From: Podarcis vaucheri
Lineage: Eukaryota
Assembly: GCA_965113315.1 (NCBI GenBank)
Contig: OZ220363.1
Length of the DNA: 64,000 nucleotides
Direction: 5' to 3' (one strand)
Part shown: one piece after another, positions 55,730 through 64,000 of the stretch
How the letters are laid out: each line of letters opens with the position of its first letter
How positions within the stretch are numbered: the stretch's first letter is position 1
Made by a program: the position numbers and the translations under genes
The notes under the pieces: generated by a model
Seen by the model: the letters and a program-made list of their open reading frames with translations, nothing else
The model's database searches: none
Told to the model about the DNA's origin: nothing

Positions 55730-56300
55730 AAAAGCCCCCGTGAGACAGTTGCGGAGACCGCCCAAGACTCTCACCAAAAAAAAGATTGCGCGCCTGCTTG
55801 AACTTATTCGCTCATTTTAAACCCTGCTCCCCGCTACTCACCACGTGAAAGGAAGAAGGGAAACAGGAAGCGGAAGAAGACCTTCTTCAAGGAACCTCCC
55901 ACAATGCTCTCGGGGTGCGTGCGGGGGGGGGAGGGGCACATAGAACGGGAGAGAGAAGTGGAGCTCGGCCATTCCGAGAGCGGTAACACAGCCTGCACTT
56001 CCGGTGGCCATTGAAAGTCGTCACACTGTGGTGTACTGTGCCGCTCCAGCCCTGTGGCAGCTCTATGATAAATGCCCGCTTTGCATTGGAGGGGAAGGGT
56101 GGGGGCGGGAAACCAATTCAGGGGTATACCGGAAGTTTTCGCTCTCATCGAAGTGAAATGCATTTAGCGTCAGGAAGGCGGTGACGTCACCTAGCTTTTG
56201 GTCTTGCCACTCAAGTGGGAGGAGAATTCAGCAGATCCCCAGTTGAGGGCGGGAAACCGTCCTCAGCGCAAAAAAAAAAAAAAAGCAAGCTCCTAACACG
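55730..56300. promoter_or_regulatory. CpG-island promoter, probably bidirectional
   Basis: CpG-rich; ETS sites CACTTCCGGT 55996-56005 and CCGGAAGT 56129-56136 in opposite orientations; full CRE TGACGTCA 56182-56189; GC boxes; CCAAT 56113-56117. Confidence 0.8.
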
Positions 56301-56744
56301 TACCATTGGCTGATATATTTTTTTAAAAAAAGGCTTCGCCTGTGGAGGTTTTCCCCTCTCCTCCCTTGAGCATAGTGGGCGGTAGCTGTGCTTTCAGTCA
56401 AAAGTGCAATCTTGTGGCACCTCAAACACTTACAATTTATTAGAAGGCAGTTGCTTCTTCGCTTGATAACGTCACTGGAGGATACAAAATTGGAATAAAT
56501 CCCAGCCAAGTTATTTTGTTGTCCTTTTGTATCCAGCAGGGTCCCTTGGTCCTTGAACTGTATGTTCCTCGGAGTGCAGCCTTGCAGTTCAGGCATGCTC
56601 AGAAGCGAGTCCTTTTGATTTCAGGGGTACTGACTCTCTGAGGCTGCACAGCTATACACATCTGGGACTATGTCCTATTGAACTGAGTGAGCAGAGACTT
56701 TCCTCTGAGTAGAAACACCTAGCATTGGCCTCGGGCTGTTGATA

Positions 56745-56986
56745 CAGTGGTACCTCGGGTTACATATGCTTCTGGTTACATACGCTTCAGGTTACAGACT
56801 CCGCCAACCCAGAAATAGTACCTTGGGTTAATAACTTTGCTTCAGGATGAGAACAGAAATCGTGCTCTGGCGGCACGGCGGCAGCAGGAGGCCCCATTAG
56901 CTAAAGTGATACCTCAGGTGAAGAACAGTTTCAGGTTAAGAACGGACCTCCGGAACGAATTAAGTACTTAACCCGAAATACCACTG
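56745..56986 (-). mobile_element. Tigger-type MITE, second family
   Basis: TIR CAGTGGTACCTCGGGTTA; TA TSD; reverse complement of 44494-44736. Confidence 0.88.
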
Positions 56987-58033
56987 TATTTATTCCGTAC
57001 AGTATTTCATTAATGAAGCTGAAGGAAGGTGAGGACAGGTGACCTCACCTAGGCCCGAAGGCACCCCCCCCCAAAGCAGGCTCAAAGCTTCTCAAAGCTT
57101 TTCAAAATCATTTTCTCAGCAGCTAAGCATCAGAAACATTCCGCTTGCTGTAACTAAAAAAGATTGCAACAAGGTAGAGAACAGAGCCCATTGTCTTCTC
57201 AGGCCTTTCTCAGAACCACATTGCAACTTGCTTTCTCTCCGGGAACCATGCCAAAGCACAAGAATGAAACAACGGGAACACTCTGAAAACCCCCTCACCC
57301 CCTTTCCTGCCAAGAGTCCACAATAGTCCCAAGACAGCTCTCTGTTCATGCTCAGAGGAACCTCAACATGGGGCAGGACTCCTGAGGGAGGAGAAAGGGG
57401 GAGGGAACTAGAAAGGGGTATACATGCTTGTGCACATGATTGTGAACTCGTGCATGCTTTTTGTGACTTATCACACTTGCTCCTTCTACCAGTTCATGGA
57501 TGGTAGAAATAAAACTTTTTCTCTGAAACTATTCCTTGAGTGTCTGTTGACTCCCACTTCCCTTTCCCAGGCGCAATATTTTTCCCACCCGAGGGAAAAG
57601 CCTCATAAGGCTACAAAGCCACTTGCTGTGCTGCTCCCCTTCTTTCTCGCTTGATCTTCCAAGAAGCAGCTATATCCTAAATAGACTTTTCATTTTCCGC
57701 TTTGGGAAAGTGATGTAGTATCACTTTGTAGCATAGTGGGAAATTTAATAGGTGGCCACCCAGCACTGCTTGGAACCCTTACTATTTACTACCAGTGCCA
57801 GGTACTCTGGGTGTGTAAGGGATAAGGCAGTCTTAAGGAAGCTAGTCCTGAGCTGTATAGGGCCTTATGTTGTCACTGATCATCGTCTCTCTAATTGTGT
57901 GTTATTCCACGTTCCTCACTGCAGCAGTTTTGTGTTATGCCATGCCAGCCCCATAGCAGCCATTTTGTCCCCAGCACCCTCTCAAAAGTCATTATGTGTC
58001 CACTGGCCCAGAAATGTTGGCAACCCCTGGTAT

Positions 58034-58250
58034 AACAACAACAACAACAACAACAATTTATTATTTATACCCCACCCATCTGGCTGGGTTTCCCCAGCTA
58101 CTCTGGGCGGCTTCCAACAAAACACTACAATACAATAACCTATTAAACATTAAAAGCTTCCCTAAACAGGGCTGCCTTCAGATGTCTTCTAAAAGTATGG
58201 TAGTTATTTTTCTCTTTGACATCTGGTGGGAGGGCGTTCCACAGGGCGGG
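58034..58250 (-). mobile_element. L2-type LINE 3' fragment
   Basis: Near-identical to 35345-35510; (AAC)n at the tail. Confidence 0.82.
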
Positions 58251-61200
58251 TATAGGTCAGATTAAAATAAATGAGAAAGACTGTTGGGGGACAGGTGAGC
58301 AAGCTGTGCTCCCCCCACCTCAAGAAACACAACTATTCCAGGGCAAGGAGACATGTTTGTCTCCCTGACTCCAAAGCCTAAGTTCAAACAGTGACAAACC
58401 CATATACACACATCCTTAACATCAGAATGATGCAATGGCACAGGGCAAATCTGACACTAGGTGGCCTGACTTGTGCTAAATGGGTCCCAGAGCAAAATCG
58501 ATATTTTTGTGTGAGCATTTCTTGTCCCCAGAAGACCCTGGAAGATCCACTTCCAAGCAGGAGATGAACTAAAATCAGGAGCATGAGGTTACAAATGAAT
58601 GTTAAAGAATTCACAAGTGCCTTTGGCCACCATAGTAACAAAATCCAGGAAACAGGGCAAATATTTTATTGTGTTCCATATGTCATGGAAGGGTTAGAGG
58701 ATACACCAGTCAGAAAACTCAACATGAACTTCATTGACTCTACAATACAGAACAGCAACAGCAAACTCCTGATTCCTCCAAGTACATCTAAGTAAAGTAC
58801 CACCTGGGGATTAAACTATATGATGACACTGTCTACACACAATAATAGAAAGACTGAACATTTTCATTTGTTCCTAGAAACTCCTCTGTTTTATTGTAAA
58901 TAATTCATAGCGTGTCTAATAATTGCAGTTATATGCTTCTCCCAGGGATAACAGTTTATTTCCTGAGCAAAATGTAATGGGATTGCTCAACTAAGATCAG
59001 GCAAAGAAGTCACATGCATCTTAGATAATTGCATTGGGAAAAGGAGAATCTGATATTTTGCTGACCCACCAATAGAATATAAGGTTTGTTTTTTATGTCG
59101 GAATACTGACCAATTACATAATTTTAGTGATACACAGCAAGTTTTAGCCTATGAAAATATGCTGCATAACCAGGTCTTGGGCAGATGTTTCTTATATTGT
59201 GTAGAGTTTTTCTTGCTTTTCTCTTGGTAGTATTTTAATAACAACTTTCTGGAAATACTGTATATGCTCATTTTAGGATCCCAGGCCTTTATATGAACTT
59301 TTCACTACTGCACCAGCATTCTGCAGGTAAATCCTTTAATTAGTGAAATGTTTAGCATTTAATGCTGGGTGCTTAGACAGTCACAATTTTGTGGGTATGG
59401 TTCAGTGGCATACTGGCAAATTCTGTGTGTACAATTGACATTAATTTGGCATTCTTGCACACACTGGAAAGTGTGGTATAACATTTGCTTGATATAATGT
59501 CATATAGCCTCTCCTCAAATTTTGTGGAAACAAATCAGGTAGATGCTCAACAAACAGTCTGCAAGCAACTTTAGTGTGCTACCGACCTCTGTAGTGATGG
59601 TTCAGACACTAGTGACTTGTCCAGCATCCTAGTGACAAAGAATGAGAAATCTTTCTTACACAATCTCAAGCTTGGGTCACAGTTTAATGACATTGTTTCT
59701 AAAATTATTCAATATTTTCAAATCCACCATTATTGTCTGTGTTCTTTTTACAACTGTTCTGCTATTTGACAATTTATTGGGCTCAATATATAATATTCTG
59801 CTAGAGATGCAAGAAGGAAGCAAAGCTGGGCACCTTAAGCAAACATATAACCTTAGGGCAACATCATGCTTACAAAGCTGTAAGCCCCTGCTCTGTTCAC
59901 TGGTGCTTACTCTTTAGTAAGTATGCTGTGGATTGCAGCCTTAATATAAAAAGCTCAGAGTTTACTGCTGGGAGAGCCTCCCTGAACTGAAATGAGTAAT
60001 AGTCACGCCAGTGAATCACTCTCTGGCTCATCTATCAGTGTTGTCCATCTTTTCCTTCATGCTTTGCACAAGCAGTCTACCTTTTTTATTTTGAAAAGCC
60101 AGCTTCAGCTGCAAATTTGCAAAAACAGCTTGAGCCTGGAGAGGAAAGGTGTGCTTTGGTTGAACATATGGAGGACACCATCATTCAGACAGCTCCAGCC
60201 TGTTGAGTAAGAGAGTGCTGTTTACATTCTTTCTTTAAGGTGGGGGTTGTGGGACACACACACACACTGTAGTCATGAGTGTTTGAGGACTCACATACCC
60301 ATCTCTTTGCTTAGGGGAAACAGATGGAAAAGATGCAGGAGTTATGCTGTGATGACTTGGAGGCATGGTCTGCCCTTCCCTGGTGAGTTGCCTTTCCTTG
60401 CTTACTTACCTTATCCTTGCACCTCAGCAGTGGAGCTGAGGTTCTTAATGGGTGTTTGCATCTAGAGTCCCATGTTCCTGTGAGTTATTGTGAAAAAAAA
60501 TGTTAACAACATTCCTCTCCTTCACACCAAGTATTCCTTTTCATCAACATTTGAAGGTCTTAGTTGTCTACCATAAGATAGAGCCCCATGTCATGCGCCT
60601 CGATGTATTTATATATATATATATGCTGTGTAATGTTTCTGGAGATGATATACCCCTGTGATTTGTTTTTGAGTTATTTTAGACTCCTGTCGTATGATAT
60701 GGTGTGACAGCAGGGTAGAGTGGTGATCGTGGTCATAGCACAGGGCAATCACCTTAGGCTCTCCACTGATCCCTTAGTTTTATTTAACTTGCTCCATCTT
60801 TTAATTTGATATGTTACACTGCTGTTGCAACTGACTTCTGTGCATTAGATGTCAACTCTGCCCATTTAGCCACTTGTGTTAGTGAGTACTGTGGTAATAA
60901 TGCCAGTGTTGCATAATGCTGGTGCAACAGGGGCCTCTTCTGTGTCTTTGTTTAGGGCTCTGGAATTCTCTTTGGCGAAAATGTGTCTCACTGTTTCTTT
61001 AATGGCCTTCCAGAAGCTAGAATAAACTTTTCTATGTAAGAAGGATTTTTGTTTACAGATGATGGGTTTATTGTATTGGTTTTACTACTCTCTCTACCTG
61101 TTTGTAATCTGAAAACTGTTAGTAATTTTTGAAAACTGCTCCATTATTGTTTTCCCATTGCTGTTTATAGTATTTTAATGGTTTTGTAACTTATGTTTTA

Positions 61201-63613
61201 AATTTTTAGCTAATGGTTACATTTTGCTGCTAGTCACCTTGAGCCTTTTTATGAGGACAAGCAGGGTAAAAGTGTTGCAAGCAAACTAACCCACTACTCT
61301 GATTCAAAGTTTTGTTCTGCCAGCATAAGGAACTAGTAGTGATCCTATCCCCATCAAGTGGTTGTAATTCAAAGGCAGAATCACACTGTGGGTGCTTCCA
61401 GACAGTCACAATTTTCAGGTGGATTTCAATCATATGCTAGCAAATTCAGGTTGTGCAATTAAAGTTGATTTAGAGCTATTTCACGACAAGCCCATTTCCT
61501 TTCAAAATTGGACATTTTGCAATAAGGAAAGTGATGAGAAAATGCATTGGAAAGTTTGAGATAACATTTGCTTGCCGGAGCATTGTCTAACATCCCCAGA
61601 AACAAATTGGGATGAATGCTCAGTAATTAGCCAATGTCAGCTCACCTCCTTGAAAACTTTATGCAAAGAAATCAGGATGAAATCTCAGTAAACAGGTTGC
61701 CTGGATGCAAGCAGGAACTCTGCCTTGGGTTGTTCCCATGTTGTATTGTATGTGTGCCTGGGATTGCTTTTGCCCATAGCAACTTGACGGTGCACTAAAT
61801 CCCAAGGGTGCTTTTTCAATTAGAGAGCAGTTTGGGTGGTTCAGTGCTGTGAGCTGCTGCGGCTCAAACTAAGGGGAAATCTTCAAGTGTGAGTATGGAT
61901 ATGTTGCACACATTTTACTTAGCTTTTCTGGGGTGTGGCAGTGGTGCGGTAGGGAATGGCAGCGATATTTTTTTTAGCGTGCCTCAGTCAATTCAGAAAA
62001 TGCCTGACTGTGTCTGCCAACAGATTCTGCAGTCTGTAGAACAAGGGGCAGGAACGGTAATTAATTATGTGTCTCAAATCTTTTGTTATAAATCAGGAAT
62101 TATTATGTGCTTAAAAAAACAGAAGAGAAATGACAGGGCAAAGAATCAATCAACAGTGATATTCTCATAGGCCCACACAAGGCACCAGGTGCAAATCTCT
62201 AATTAATATGTCAGGAATCTGAAGAGGAAGGAAAACAAATCTGAATCTCAGTAAAATGATGTTACTGTGTGTACTGAACACCATTGAGAGGCAGTGAAAG
62301 ACAGGAGATATCCTGATCTGAGCCCAGCAAAAATTAGTCTTTTATGTGTTGGATATTGTACTTGATAAATTTGACTCTACAGCTGTGACAAGGCTAGGCA
62401 TGATCACAGACTGAATTATGTGGCTATCTATTCCATGATAAAATAATCAATGATGAATTTGGGGCTGACCCATCTATACGATGAAAGGGACATTTTTCTT
62501 CACCATTGGGCATTCTGAAATTACTGAATAATCAGCTGCTGAAATGGGGTGGGGAGCAGTGGTTTTCCGAGGGAGGGAGGGTAAGGAAAGAGCTCATGGT
62601 TCCATTGGGGCAGGGTTAGCAGCATGTTATATGAAAAGAGATGGACATCTTTGGAATAGACAACTGAGCAAGAATACAGATCCCAGGTGGTAGGGTCATC
62701 TGAAGTTTTCTGATAGGAGGCGTAACTCCCTGTGTTTTGTGAATGTAAGTCCTACACTGATTACCATGAACATCTGGTTTTCTTCTGTGCCCTCTCTTGT
62801 ATCACCCACACGTGGGGAAAATATTTTGAGAAAGCCTCAAAGGTGTTATTTACTGTCTTGACTGAAACATTCACATCCATAACTTCTGTCCAGGACACCT
62901 ATATGTCTCGGAGTAGCCTTGAGTGAACTAATCATATAGCTGTAGATGTGGGAACAATTTATTATTTATTCTTGTTCATAACAGAATAGTAATCTGGCAA
63001 ATGTATTTATCCATTTCAAACTTGTTTGGAGGATCACTGGATATTGTTTGAAGCTGCTTGGAAGGGACTTGCATGGCCATGCCAGTAAGAAGGCTGTGGA
63101 TAAAAATGAGAAAGCCAAGGTAGGCTAAACTCTGTGGGCAACTATATGGGCATCATCCTAAAATTTATGTGGGAGTTTAAAGCTGCATATAAACTACTAA
63201 GCCCAGTTTCCTGGAGATAAGGTTCATGCGACACAGTAGGAGTATACTGTATAGGATTGGGCTGTTAATGACATTGGCATGGGAGGGAGCTAGCTGTGAA
63301 GGACAGGTGCCTTTAGAAAGCACATGTGATGCATACGGCCTAAAAGCATCCTGGCCCTGCTATTGTCCATGCTTGCTGAGTGCAGGGGCAGGGAACTGCT
63401 GACATTTGAACTCAGCATGTTATGTGGCTTTAAAGAGATCAGTTGTGCCGAATGTGCATGTCTGAGCCTGGGGAGTGGAGGGAGACCTTTTGTATCCAGC
63501 ATGTGTGTGTGTGTGCATCCGTCAGTACTTTTCCTTATTATGTACAACCTGGTTAGCAGCATCCCTGAACAAACCCTTTTCCTGAGAAACAAATATATTC
63601 TTATTGGTTATTA

Positions 63614-63837
63614 AAGGTAAAAGACCCTTGGACGGTTAAGTTCCGTCAAAGGCGACTATGGGGTGCGGTGCTCATCTCGCTTCAGGCCAAAGGAGCCAGC
63701 ATTTGTCCACAGACACATTTCCAGGTCATGTGGCCAGCATGACTAAACAGCTTCTGGCGCAATGGGACACTGTGACAGAAGCCAGAGGGCACGGAAATGC
63801 CCTTCACCTTTCCACCACAGTGGTACCTATTTATCTA
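63614..63837 (-). mobile_element. Sauria SINE interrupted by a DNA transposon
   Basis: aaaggtaaa tail and SINE core, broken at ...ttatcTA|cagtc. Confidence 0.82.
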
Positions 63838-64000
63838 CAGTCATACCTCGGGTTGAATGTGCTTCAGGTTGAGCGCTTTCGGGTTGCGCTCCGCGGCAAC
63901 CCGGAAGTAACGGAGCGCGTTACTTCTGGGTTTGGCCGCTCGTGCATGTGCAGATGCTCAAAATGACGCCATGTGCATGCACAGAAGCGGCAAAATGCAA
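63838..64000. mobile_element. Tigger-type element running off the window end
   Basis: TA followed by CAGTCATACCTCGGGTT TIR. Confidence 0.7.

Larger units (their letters stand above)
53825..55880 (-). pseudogene. Decayed, intron-containing RPL27A paralogue; probable non-coding snoRNA-host-type transcript
   Basis: TOP-like exon 1 ending GTG|gtgagt (55880-55842); exon-2 remnant from acceptor at 55601 (33/51 nt identical, ungapped, to RPL27A exon 2); exon-4-like remnant 54896-54771; SNORA3 copy in last intron; exon-5 remnant from 53958 (cag|gattactat..gaaggggaaagtgcctaagcaac); AATAAA 53852-53847. Confidence 0.78.

Noticed and set aside
53825-55880. Processed (retrotransposed) RPL27A pseudogene as explanation of the minus-strand unit
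   Set aside because: Exon remnants are separated by introns with acceptors and an intronic snoRNA, so the origin is DNA-level duplication
56300-64000. TRIM66 coding exons
   Set aside because: No B-box or other recognisable peptide among the ORFs; expected only from recalled synteny, so not called

Overview
Vertebrate (squamate, probably lacertid lizard, judged from Sauria SINEs and the repeat landscape) genomic DNA with two N-gaps. Bases 1-45.8 kb hold the last 16 coding exons and 3' UTR of DENND2B/ST5 (+). Bases 47.5-52.7 kb hold an intact 5-exon RPL27A gene (+, 148 aa, 5'TOP start) with an intronic H/ACA snoRNA SNORA3 and a TSD-flanked 37-nt U2 snRNA fragment. Main unexpected feature: at ~53.8-55.9 kb on the - strand lies a second, heavily decayed RPL27A-derived unit, tail-to-tail with the intact gene. 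It keeps a CpG/ETS promoter, a TOP-like first exon with GTG in place of ATG, splice acceptors, a poly(A) signal and a strongly conserved SNORA3 5' hairpin, but its coding sequence has drifted. It sits in the position and orientation that RPL27A has in human (recalled), suggesting the ancestral copy became a non-coding snoRNA-host-type gene after an inverted duplication. Introns are full of hAT and Tigger-type MITEs, CR1/L2 fragments, Sauria SINEs and Penelope-like elements carrying minimal hammerhead ribozyme motifs. All homology calls are from recognition and hand alignment; no searches were run.
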